DNA of 64,000 bases, from assembly GCA_963842525.1 (NCBI GenBank), contig CAWJGT010000009.1:1696001-1760000 (forward strand), read 5' to 3'. The stretch is from an uncultured Holophagales bacterium (GTDB taxonomy: Bacteria; Acidobacteriota; Thermoanaerobaculia; Multivoradales; UBA5704). This document shows, in pieces, positions 22,972 to 32,422 of this stretch. Every line of letters begins with the position of its first letter. The stretch's first letter is position 1. Made by a program: the position numbers and the translations under genes. The notes under the pieces were generated by a model. It searched no databases, was not told the origin of the DNA, and saw only the letters and a program-made list of their open reading frames with translations.

Positions 22972-24775
22972 GCGCGAAGACCTGCTGCGCGCCTACTGGC
23001 GCGAGCTCTCCTACCTGCGCCGCATGGGGCAGGACTTCGCCCAGACCTACCCCAAGGTGGCCGGCCGGCTGGAGCTGGGGTCCGAAATGCCGGCGGACCC
23101 GCACGTCGAGCGCCTCATCGAGTCGTTCGCTTTCCTCACCGCGCGCATCCAGCACAACCTCGACAGCGACTTCCCCGAGATCGCCGTCGAGCTGCTCAAC
23201 CTCCTGCATCCTCATTATCTGAACCCCGTGCCGTCGATGTCGATCGCCCGCTTCGACGTCGACCCCGAGCGCGGCAAGATCCTCAGCGGCTTCGCGGTCC
23301 CCAAGCACACGCAGCTCTTCGCCCATGCCCACGACGGGCCGGTCTGCCGCTTCCGCACCTGCTACCCCGTCACCCTCTGGCCGATCGAAGTGACCCACGC
23401 CGGCTTCGAGGCGACCGACCAGTACAACGTCCTCGACGCCCGATCCGACGTGGCCACCGTGCTGCGCCTGCGCCTGGAGGCCCGCGGCGGCTCGCTCGCC
23501 GAGCTCGAGCTGGACCGCCTGCGCTTCTTCCTCGACGGCGACCGCATGATGGTCCACAAGCTCTACGAGCTGCTCTTCTGCAACTGCCGCGGCGTGCTGC
23601 TGCTGCCGGAGGGGGACCGCGGCCGCGTACCGCGCGCCCTGCCGGCGGATGCCATCCAGCCGGTCGGCTTCGGGCGGGACGAGGAGGTGATCCCCGCGCC
23701 GCCTTTCAGCCAGCCCGCCTACCGGCTGCTGCAGGAGTACTTCACCTTCCCGGACAAGCTCCTCTTCTTCGACCTTGCCGGCCTCTCCGCCCACGCCTCG
23801 CAGCAGGCCGTCGACGTCCTGATCCTGCTCGACCGCATGCCGAAGGACCGTCTGGCGGTCAACCGCCAGACCTTCGCCCTGGGGTGCACGCCGATCATCA
23901 ACCTTTTCCAGCGGACGACCGAGCCGATCCGGCTCGACCACCGCCGGACCGAGTATTCGCTGGTGCCGGACGCGCGGCGCGAGCGACATACCGAGATCCA
24001 TTCGATCCTCGCGGTCACCGGCTCCGCCGACCCGCGCCACCGCACGCGGGTGTACGAGCCCTTCTACTCGTTCAACCACCACATGGCCGAGCGCGGGCAC
24101 AAGGCGTTCTGGCATGCGCGGCGGCTGGCCAGCCTGCGCAAGGAGGTGCCCGGCAGCGAGATGGTCCTGTCGCTCGTCGACCTCGACTTCCGGCCCTACC
24201 TGCCGCCCGTCGAGACCATCTACGCCCATACGCTGTGCACCAACCGGCGCCTCGCCGAGCAGCTCCTGGCCGGAGCCGTGCTGCAGACCGACGTCTCGGT
24301 GCCGGTCTCGCGCATCGTCTGCCTGACCAAGCCGACGCCGCAGATCGATCCGCCGAGCGACGGCTCGACCCTCTGGCGCCTGGTCTCGCACCTGTCGCTC
24401 AACTATCTTTCGTTGTCGGACGGCGAGGAGAGCCTGAAAGCGCTGCGCGAGATCCTCAAGCTCTACAGCTTCTCCGAGCACGCGCCGGTCCAGCAGCAGA
24501 TCCAGGGCATCCGCGACATGTCGCTGCGCAAGATCGTGCAGCGGGTCGGCCGCGACGCCTGGCGCGGCTTCTGCCGCGGCACCGAGGTGACGCTGGTCTT
24601 CGACGAGAGCGCCTACGTGGGCGGCGGGGCGTTCCTGCTTTCCGCGGTGCTCAACCGGTTCTTCGCCCTCTACACCTCGATCAATTCATTCACGCAGCTC
24701 GTCGTCCAGAGCCGGCAGCGCGAAGGAGTCTGGAAGCGGTGGCCTTCCGTGGCTGGGGAACAGACGGTTCTGTAG
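22964..24775 (+). CDS. tssF: T6SS baseplate TssF
   Basis: YWRELSYLR, DPHVERLIESFAFL, LLQEYFTFP, LGCTPIINLF, WRLVSHLSLNYLSL, SINSFTQL. Confidence 0.95.
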   Translation: MGEREDLLRAYWRELSYLRRMGQDFAQTYPKVAGRLELGSEMPADPHVERLIESFAFLTARIQHNLDSDFPEIAVELLNLLHPHYLNPVPSMSIARFDVDPERGKILSGFAVPKHTQLFAHAHDGPVCRFRTCYPVTLWPIEVTHAGFEATDQYNVLDARSDVATVLRLRLEARGGSLAELELDRLRFFLDGDRMMVHKLYELLFCNCRGVLLLPEGDRGRVPRALPADAIQPVGFGRDEEVIPAPPFSQPAYRLLQEYFTFPDKLLFFDLAGLSAHASQQAVDVLILLDRMPKDRLAVNRQTFALGCTPIINLFQRTTEPIRLDHRRTEYSLVPDARRERHTEIHSILAVTGSADPRHRTRVYEPFYSFNHHMAERGHKAFWHARRLASLRKEVPGSEMVLSLVDLDFRPYLPPVETIYAHTLCTNRRLAEQLLAGAVLQTDVSVPVSRIVCLTKPTPQIDPPSDGSTLWRLVSHLSLNYLSLSDGEESLKALREILKLYSFSEHAPVQQQIQGIRDMSLRKIVQRVGRDAWRGFCRGTEVTLVFDESAYVGGGAFLLSAVLNRFFALYTSINSFTQLVVQSRQREGVWKRWPSVAGEQTVL

Positions 24776-25760
24776 CGCAGCTCCTCTTCGACGAGGGCTG
24801 GCGGTTCGAGCTCTACCAGGCCGTCCGCCTGCTGGAGAAGATGGCGCCTGAAAGGGTCTCGGTGGGGGAGGGGAGCGAGCCCGACAGCGAGGCGGTGCGC
24901 TTCGTCTCCCGCGTCGGCTTCGACTTCCCTGCCTCCGAGGTCCAGGAGGTCGCGCTCCAGAACGACGGCAAGCCCGTCCGCCTGACGGTCAACGTCATGG
25001 GCCTCGCCGGCGCGCTCGGGCCTCTGCCGGCGCCGTTTTCGGAGATGCTGCTGCAGCGGGTCGCGGCGAAGGACACTGCCTTCCGCGACTTCCTGGACAT
25101 CTTCAACCACCGCCTGGTATCCCTCCTCTATCGCGCGCGAAAACGCACCCGGCCCGGCCTCGCCTGGGAGCGCCCGGACAACGAGCCCAGCGCCCGCACC
25201 GCCTTCGCCCTCCTCGGCCTGGGCACCGACGGCCTGCGCGGTCGGATGGACATCGAGGACCGCGCGCTCCTCCAGTACACCGGCCTCGTGGCCCGGCGGG
25301 CCCGCTCGGCCGTGGGTCTCGAGGTGGTGCTCGCCGACTATTTCGGTGTCGGCATCCGCTGCACGCAGCTCCTCGGCCGCTGGCTGGAGGTGTCCGAAGA
25401 CCAGCGCACCGCGATCGGAACCCTCGGAGGCCGCAACCATGCATTGACCGCCGTGGGAAGCGGCGCCGTGCTGGGCGGTCGCGTCTGGGACCAGCGAGGC
25501 CGCTTCGAAGTGCGAGTCGGACCGCTCACCCTGGGCCAGTTCCTCGACTTCCTGCCGATCGGCCGCGGCTATCGCTCGCTCGCCCAGCTCATCCGCCTCT
25601 ACGCCGGCAACGAGCACGACGTCGACGTCCGCCTGACCCTCCAAGCCGCCGAAGTCCCCCCCTGCCGCCTCGGCGCCGGACCGCGTCTGGGGTGGAGTCT
25701 TGGCTACGCACGAAGCCGTTCGAAGGGGATGACTCGCAGGTACGGCTGCGGCCAGGGTGA
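24739..25760 (+). CDS. tssG: T6SS baseplate TssG, probable frameshift near 25697
   Basis: FELYQAVRLLE, GLAGALGPLP, FLDIFNHRL, PRLGW; corrected end SWLRTKPFEGDDSQVRLRPG* at 25760. Confidence 0.88.
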
Positions 25761-25776
25761 ACGCCTCTGTGAGGAA

Positions 25777-25795
25777 GGTGGTTATAATAACCACC
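25777..25795. promoter_or_regulatory. Palindromic operator overlapping the -10 TATAAT of hicAB
   Basis: GGTGGTTAT-A-ATAACCACC perfect 9-bp inverted repeat containing TATAAT directly before the GTG start at 25796. Confidence 0.75.
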
Positions 25796-25984
25796 GTGAG
25801 GAGCGCGGAGGTGATCAGAAAGCTGGAGGCTGATGGCTGGGTGCTCGATCGCATCAAGGGCTCGCACCACCAGTTCTCTCATTCCGACAAGCCTGGGATC
25901 GTCACGGTTCCCCATCCGCGCAAAGACATACCGCTGCCGACCCTGCGCAGTATCTATCGGCAGGCCGGCTGGTCCTGGAGGTGA
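25796..25984 (+). CDS. hicA: HicA-family toxin
   Basis: MRSAEVIRKLEADGWVLDRIKGSHHQF...VTVPHPRKDIP. Confidence 0.9.
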   Translation: MRSAEVIRKLEADGWVLDRIKGSHHQFSHSDKPGIVTVPHPRKDIPLPTLRSIYRQAGWSWR

Positions 25985-25987
25985 GTC

Positions 25988-26410
25988 ATGCGTTTCGCGT
26001 TGGCACTGCATACGGATGACGGCGTCAGGTACGGCGTCACAATCCCCGACCTCCCGGGTTGCTTCTCCGCCGGTGACTCCTTCGATGAGGCGGTCGAGAT
26101 GGCCCGGGAGGCTATCGACGCCCACTGTGAGCTGCTCGCGGAGAAGGGCCTGGATATCCCAGCTCCTCGGCCGCTGGCTGAGCATCAGGCGGACCCGGAT
26201 CTTGCGGGAGCCGTCTGGGTGGTGATCGAGGTGGCCGTGGAACAGTATCTCGGGCGCGCCGAGAAGATCAACATCACAGTCCCTGCCCGCCTGCTCCGTC
26301 GCATTGACGAATACGCCAAGAGCCACGGTGAAAGCCGCTCAGGGTTCCTCACGCGCGCCGCGGTCCAGGCGATGGGAGACGCTCCGGGCTCTCGTTCCCG
26401 AGAAACCTGA
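25988..26410 (+). CDS. hicB: HicB-family antitoxin with C-terminal RHH domain
   Basis: YGVTIPDLPGCFSAGDSFDEA...KINITVPARLLRRIDEYA...SRSGFL. Confidence 0.92.
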   Translation: MRFALALHTDDGVRYGVTIPDLPGCFSAGDSFDEAVEMAREAIDAHCELLAEKGLDIPAPRPLAEHQADPDLAGAVWVVIEVAVEQYLGRAEKINITVPARLLRRIDEYAKSHGESRSGFLTRAAVQAMGDAPGSRSRET

Positions 26411-26426
26411 AGGGTGCTGGTAAAAT

Positions 26427-26527
26427 CAGCCCCGACAGGGGCGGTCGGAATTAGCCCGGGATTTCAATCACGGGAACCGAGCATCCCATCCTCCGAGAGC
26501 CCCGCCAGGGGCGACAGGAATCCGACC
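26427..26527. repeat. REP/BIME-like hairpin element, copy 1
   Basis: CAGCCCCGACAGGGGCGGTCGGAATTAGCCCGGGATTTCAATC...GAGCCCCGCCAGGGGCGACAGGAA; near-identical copy at 29360-29460. Confidence 0.8.
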
Positions 26528-26529
26528 CT

Positions 26530-26885
26530 TCGGAGCGTGCGCTGGGCCAGCGTAAGGAGACGCTGGCTTTGCGGAGCGTACGCTGGTCCATTGTCCCGGG
26601 ACGCTGCTCCAGTGTGAAGGGACACTGGAAATGCGGAGCGTACGCTGGTCCGTTGTCCCGGGACACTGGTCCAGTGTGAGGAGACACTGGAAATGCGGAG
26701 CGTACACTGGTCCATTGTCCCGGTACACTGCTCCAGTGTGAGGAGACACTGGAAATGCGGAGCGTACACTGGTCCATTGTCCCGGGACACTGGTCCAGTG
26801 TGAGGGGACGCTGGAAATGCGGGGCGTACGCTGAGCCAGTGTCCCGGACGCTACTCCAGCGTGAGAGGACGCTGGCAATGCGGCG
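26530..26885. repeat. 62-bp tandem repeat built from 20-21-bp subunits (array B)
   Basis: Units GCGGAGCGTACRCTGGTCCATTGTCCCGGGACRCTGSTCCAGTGTGARGRGACACTGGAAAT starting at 26571, 26633, 26695, 26757, 26819. Confidence 0.9.
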
Positions 26886-26927
26886 TCGGTCAGTCATTCG
26901 GAGAAGCCCGGATCACGAGCCTCTCCA

Positions 26928-28172
26928 TCAGGGCAACAGGCGCCTCTCCGGTGTTCGGGCCGCGAGCTCGCGGGCTATGGCGTCGGCGAGCCGCCGGGCA
27001 GAACGGCGGATGTGACGGAGCGCGGGAGCGGTTCCGCACAGCCAGAGACCGGGTCGGCCGGGGACCGGTCCGTCGAGCAACCGGGCTGGCAGGTCGCCGG
27101 CGAGCCGGAAGCCGCCTTTCTCCAAGCCAATTGCCAGGAGGATGTCGTCGAACTGCTCGCGCCGCCCGTCAGCGAAAACCGCCCCCTCGGGCGTGAGCTC
27201 GATGATGTCCGGTGTGACGAGGACCTCGCCGTGCCGCACCAGGTCAACCCAGGGACCTCCGATCAGCGGAGGACGCCCGGCGCGCTGGTCGAGGAGGATT
27301 TGCTCGGGTGTCTTGAGAGCGAGGCCGCGCTCGCGCAGATCGCCGAACCAGCGCTCCTGAACGCGGAACCAGAGCTGTGCCGCCACGCCCTCCGCCAAGG
27401 CGCCGGCCCTGGCGCCGAGAAGCCGGCCCACCGCAGACGCCCGCTCCGGCAGCCACTGCAACCACCGGAAGCAGTTGACGCGCAGGACTTCCAGGGGGAC
27501 GACATGCAAGGGGCCGCGGACCGACACGGCGACCCGGGTGCCGCGCCGCCAGAGCTCCGGGATCATGTCCGCCGCGGTGTTGCCCAGCCCCACGATGAGC
27601 ACGCGCCGGCCGGACTGCGTCCCGCTGTTCCTGAGGCCTTCAGGCCGTAACCAGCGGCCCAGGAAGAGGTTCTGGCCAGGCCAGTCCGGCGTGCGGGGCC
27701 CGGCAAAGAAGCCGGTCGCGAGGACGACGTGCCGGGCCTGGCAGCAGCCGTGCGGTGTCTCGATCCGCCAGCGGGCGCCGTCGCGCTCCACGGCCGTGAC
27801 CTCGCGGCCGTATTCGATGTCCAGAGCGAACCTCCGGGCATAGGCGGCGAGATATGCCGCCAGCTCTGCCCGGTCGGGATACGGTGTGGTCGACCGGAGG
27901 CTGAGCCCGGGCAAGGCCGAGAGCGAGCGGGATGTGTGCAGGCGCAGCGGCTCGTAATGTTGCACCCACGCCCATCCGGGCGCCGCACCGCGCTCGAGCA
28001 GGCGTGCACGGAGGCCGCGCCGGGCAAGGCACGCTCCCACCGCGAGGCCGGCCGGCCCCGCACCGACGATCACGACCTCTGGAGCACTCTGCAACGTGCT
28101 GTCTTCTTCGCTGTCGCTGGGCTCATCGCCCCGATTCCATGATGCAGACTTTATCAGGAACGAGGAGATCAA
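26928..28172 (-). CDS. Flavin-containing monooxygenase (FMO/YUCCA-like)
   Basis: VVIVGAGPAG FAD motif, HYEPLRLHT, VVLATG, VLIVGLGNTA NADPH motif; true start may be TTG at 28094. Confidence 0.85.
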   Translation of the reverse strand: MISSFLIKSASWNRGDEPSDSEEDSTLQSAPEVVIVGAGPAGLAVGACLARRGLRARLLERGAAPGWAWVQHYEPLRLHTSRSLSALPGLSLRSTTPYPDRAELAAYLAAYARRFALDIEYGREVTAVERDGARWRIETPHGCCQARHVVLATGFFAGPRTPDWPGQNLFLGRWLRPEGLRNSGTQSGRRVLIVGLGNTAADMIPELWRRGTRVAVSVRGPLHVVPLEVLRVNCFRWLQWLPERASAVGRLLGARAGALAEGVAAQLWFRVQERWFGDLRERGLALKTPEQILLDQRAGRPPLIGGPWVDLVRHGEVLVTPDIIELTPEGAVFADGRREQFDDILLAIGLEKGGFRLAGDLPARLLDGPVPGRPGLWLCGTAPALRHIRRSARRLADAIARELAARTPERRLLP

Positions 28173-28333
28173 GAGGCTCGATCATCCGTCTGAAACACCG
28201 AGAGCCTGCCCATCCAGACACGACAAGAGCTCTCCTTTTTGCCGCGATTCTTCGGTTCCCGGCGGGTAGCGCGGGAAGGTCGCCGGCACGCACCCAATCT
28301 TCTGAGGACCTTCTTCCTGAAAGGAGAGACCAG

Positions 28334-28579
28334 ATGAATTTTGCGAAGAGATCGACCCTCAAGGCCGGAGTGCTGGCCGTCGCGCTCCTTCTCGCCGTGC
28401 TCGCCGTCTCCTTCCCTGCCCCGGCTCGTGCGTACTGTCTGTGGGGAGTTCAGATCACCGATTACTACACGACCGGCGGCGTCTGTGTCACGGGCTGCGA
28501 CAACCGTACGAATTGCTGGGGAGACACGTCGGGCGACATCTACGACTCCCAGATGGGCGAGTGCTGGTACTGCGTGTAG
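28334..28579 (+). CDS. Small secreted six-cysteine peptide (DUF6289-like)
   Basis: RBS AAGGAG; Sec signal MNFAKR...PAPARA; mature YCLWGVQITDYYTTGGVCVTGCDNRTNCWGDTSGDIYDSQMGECWYCV. Confidence 0.75.
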   Translation: MNFAKRSTLKAGVLAVALLLAVLAVSFPAPARAYCLWGVQITDYYTTGGVCVTGCDNRTNCWGDTSGDIYDSQMGECWYCV

Positions 28580-28768
28580 CACCCAGGAGCTGCGGAGAGG
28601 TGCCCGCTGGAGAGGTGCCAGGCGACTCTTCCGGGCGCGACGCTGGGAGAGCCGGCGTCTCGCCGGCATCATCAAGACAGCGGGCCGAAAGCCCGGACTT
28701 CTGGGAAGAACGGCGCCCAGTGGGCGATGGCTCGGCCCTTGCGCCGAAGACAGCTGCATGGACGTTCC

Positions 28769-29187
28769 CCGCGGTGACACGAAGTGGTCCCGCGGGACCA
28801 GCAAGATGTCCCGCGGGACCAGCTCCATCCACCGCGGGGAGTCGAACCGCTGCCGCGGCGGCGACAACGCCCACCGCGGGACCAGCTACAGCCACCGCGG
28901 GGAGTCGAACCGCTGCCGCGGCGGCGACAACGCCCACTGCGGGACCAGCTCCATCCACCGCGGGGAGTCGAACCGCTGCCGCGGCGGCGACAACGCCCAC
29001 TGCGGGACCAGCTACAGCCACCGCGGGGAGTCGAACCGCTGCCGCGGCGGCGACAACGCCCACCGCGGGACCAGCTACAGCCACCGCGGGAAGTCGAACC
29101 GCTGCCGTGGCAGCGGCAACGCCCACCGCGGCAGCAGCTCCATCCACCGCGGGGAGTCGAACCAGTCCGCGGGACCAGCAGGACTGC
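28769..29187. repeat. 21-bp periodic array with 63-bp higher-order unit (array C)
   Basis: CCGCGG (or a one-base variant) every 21 bp from 28769 to 29147, last at 29167; about 20 units cycling three subunit types. Confidence 0.92.
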
Positions 29188-29359
29188 CGGCTTCCCGCCC
29201 TAGATCCTACACTCCCGCTCAGCATGACACGGTGCGCTGACCGCCGTTTGCAGCAGCGCGGTGCTGGGGAGCCGCCACGAAACCGTTCGTTCGCAGGTGC
29301 GGCTGAAACTCGCGTCAGAGGTCTCGCGTTCCCGTGAAACCTGAGAGTCTGTTTAAAGT

Positions 29360-29460
29360 CAGCCCCGGTAGGGGCGGTCGGAATTAGCCCGGGATTTCAA
29401 TCCCGGGAACCAAGCATCCAACCCTCCAGAGCCCCGCCAGGGGCGACAGGAAACCCGACC
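29360..29460. repeat. REP/BIME-like hairpin element, copy 2
   Basis: Near-identical to 26427-26527. Confidence 0.8.
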
Positions 29461-29514
29461 GGCGAGTTTGCCGATGTAGTAGTATTTCTCCAGGCCATGA
29501 AAGGCGAACGTCGC

Positions 29515-31607
29515 ATGGAGAACACCCCTATCCGTATCCTCGAAAAGGACAACAACCGCCGCGGTGATCTCTTCGGGCGGCTCATGGCTGACCTGTTCGT
29601 CGCCCTTGGCTACGAGCAGCCGCGTCTCAACGTTCACAAGCCCGGCCGCGAGCTGGACCTGTGGGCCGACCACCGTCTCGAACCGCGCCGCGCCGTCGCC
29701 GAGTGCAAGGCCACGGCCCAGCCGATTGGCGGCGCCGACGTGAACAAGTTCGTCGGCGTCCTCGACGCCGAGCGCGGGGATAAGAAGAAGCACCCGGTCA
29801 CGGGCTATTTCATCTCTCTCGCTGGCTTCAAGGAAACTGCGATCGAGCAAGACAGGCAAGGGCGCCGCACCAAGATCATTATGTTGACGGGTCCCCAGGT
29901 CGTCAGCGAGCCCCCGTGTGCACCCACGCCACGCTTTCGCCGTTTGACGCAGACGACATCCGCCGTCTCAGTGTCGCATGGCACCGGGAGGTTGTGGGCG
30001 ACACGGAGAAAGTCCGCGCCGACGCCGAGGAGCTCGCCGCGACCATCATGAGGAACGATCGCATCCAGCGCCTCGCCGTGAACCCGCTCCTCCTCACCAC
30101 GCTTTTGCTGGTGAAGCGCTGGGTCGGCTCACTCCCTACCCGCAGGGCAATCCTCTACGGCAAGGCCGTCGAGGTCCTCCTCATGACGTGGAACACCGAG
30201 GGCCACGAGCCGATCCCTGACGAAGAGGCCCTGCCGCAGCTTTGTTATGTGGCCTCAGCGATGATGCTTGAGGGCACCCAAAAGATCAGCCGTCCTCGTT
30301 TGGCTGCGCTACTTCAAGAGGCTCGCGAAGCCCTCCCCACAGAGCTCGGCTACGTCAAGGGCTCGGTGGAAGAATTCATTCACCGCGTCGAAGACCGCAG
30401 CAGTCTGCTGATGATGACGGGACACGACGTGGAGGACGGTCGGCTGGTCGAGTTCTTCGAATTTCGCCATCTCACCTTTCAGGAATTGCTCACCGCGCGG
30501 GCGATGGTCGAAGGCTGGCATCCCGGTCGCAAGGAAGAGGATACGCTCGTAAGTGTCCTCGAACCGCATTTCGAGAAGGAGGAATGGCGTGAGGTTATAC
30601 CGCTTGCCGCCGTCTTAGGAGGAAAAAAAGCGGAAGCGCTCATTCAGCGACTGACGGAGAGGATTAAAGAGTTTGAAAGCGATCGAGTTGGCAGTGACCA
30701 CCCACTGCTTCTCAACGTTGGCAACTGCCTGGCCGACGAGGCGGCGGCGCGACCGGAAACTATCCGTGCGGCGGTCCACGAACTGGTACGACTGGGCCGG
30801 GCTGCGACCTCGGCGCCTTTCGCCCGGCTGCTTGCACGAGGCCGCTACGGGGCAGATTTGCGCGAAGAAGGAAGGAAGGCACTGGGTGCAGCAGCGCCGG
30901 AGCGGGTTAATGCCACCATGGTTTTGTCTCAGATCATTTGGTGGCAGACCTTAGAGACCGAAGGTGCAGACAGATATGCGAACGCGGTTGCCCGGTTTAT
31001 TGAGTGGTTGCGCCACCCCGAAAGGCTTATTCGGTGCGAGGGCGCACTCGGTTGTGTGCAGTTGTGCCTTCGGCTCAAGAGGGATGACTTTCGGACTGAG
31101 CGCGAGGCGTGTACCGATTTGCTTCGGCAGGTAGGTGCGGCGCTGTTGCCAATGCTGTTCACAGAAGCGGTCTCGGAGCAGGATGCCTCAGCTTGGGCAC
31201 TGGCTGAACTAGGCGCGTGCCGGGTCTGGACACCTCCGGCGGAACCGGATTTGCTCGGCCGGCTCTTCACGTTGTGGCGGTGCGGCCCTGACGCTAAAAT
31301 TCGAAGTATTGCCGTGGAAGCGCTGGTTGCCCAGCCTCTCACGCCGCGTGACTATGGGCGACACTGCGTCTACATTCAGGATACGGAGCTTGAGGATCTG
31401 CTCCAGGACTATGCCGAACTGAAAGGTGGGTTCGAGAAACCCGCTGCCCTTATCCTGGCTTGGTATCTGCGTGCACTCAGTAACGAGGAAATCGCCCAAC
31501 GCATCCACGAGCATCTCAAGGAGCGCCACACTGTACACGAGGACACCTCTGGCCGCACGCTTCGTGAACTCCTGGAGCATCTCAGCGAAACGGGAGGCCC
31601 TACATGA
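29515..31607 (+). pseudogene. Restriction endonuclease (Mrr-like) - NACHT protein with internal deletion of the NTPase core
   Basis: N-terminal RELDL...VAECKA nuclease motif; junction near 29910 jumps to the post-NTPase region (LSPFDADDI, LAVNPLLLT, FEFRHLTFQE); no Walker A or B. Confidence 0.75.
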
Positions 31608-32422
31608 TCATCGCCCTGGCATCCCCTTCCGTCGCCTCATCTCTTGACGACGGCTTGGACAAGATCAAGCATCTCCTGTCCGAAGCCTCGTCCCAAGGAG
31701 CAGAGATCGTATGTTTCCCGGAAGCCTACATACCGGGTTTGCGGGGACAGGATTTTGAAGTCTTGCCCTTTGATCAGGCGCAGCAGGAGCGGGTGCTCCA
31801 GACCGTGGCGCAGTGGGCGCGGACGTATGCGGTGGCCACGATCCTCGGGATGGAAAGGCTCACGGAGGCGGGCCGGCAGATTGCCGCTTTTGTCTTTGAC
31901 GCCCAGGGGCAGATCCAGGGATACCAGAGCAAGAACCAGATCGACCCGACCGAAGATCGGTTCTATGTGCCTGGACATACCCGGCAGCTCTTCGAGGTCG
32001 ACGGGGTCAAGTTTGGGGTGGCGATCTGCCATGAGGGCTGGCGCTATCCGGAGACGGTGCGGTGGGCGGCGGTGCGGGGCGCCAAGATCGTTTTTCATCT
32101 TCAACATACGGGAAACAAGCAAGAGGGCGTGCGTCTGACACAGTGGGGCTCGGCCGACGCGCCCTACTACGAGAAGGCGATGATGATGCGCAGCATCGAA
32201 AACACGATCTACTTTGCCAGCGTCAACTATGCTTTGCCCTTCCAGGAATCGGCGACAAGCCTCAGCGACCCGTCAGGCCGGTGCCAAGCGTACCTGCCCT
32301 ATGGCCAGGAAGGCGTGCTGGTGCAGGCCATCAATGTCGAGGAAGCGACCGGTCTGCTCGCCACCCGATACGCACCCGAGCGGTATCAGGAAGCCCCGGT
32401 CGGCTATGATGGTGCGAAATGA
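31604..32422 (+). CDS. Carbon-nitrogen hydrolase (nitrilase family)
   Basis: EIVCFPEAY, YQSKNQ, GVAICHEGWRYPE (E-K-C triad). Confidence 0.9.
   Translation: MIIALASPSVASSLDDGLDKIKHLLSEASSQGAEIVCFPEAYIPGLRGQDFEVLPFDQAQQERVLQTVAQWARTYAVATILGMERLTEAGRQIAAFVFDAQGQIQGYQSKNQIDPTEDRFYVPGHTRQLFEVDGVKFGVAICHEGWRYPETVRWAAVRGAKIVFHLQHTGNKQEGVRLTQWGSADAPYYEKAMMMRSIENTIYFASVNYALPFQESATSLSDPSGRCQAYLPYGQEGVLVQAINVEEATGLLATRYAPERYQEAPVGYDGAK

Noticed and set aside
26530-29187. Arrays B and C as CRISPR arrays
   Set aside because: Variable parts recur cyclically, constant cores are only 6-11 bp, and no cas genes are present.
28341-29337. Long repetitive ORFs (298-299 aa) over array C
   Set aside because: Several frames on both strands are open simply because the GC-rich repeat lacks stops; there is no RBS or domain evidence.
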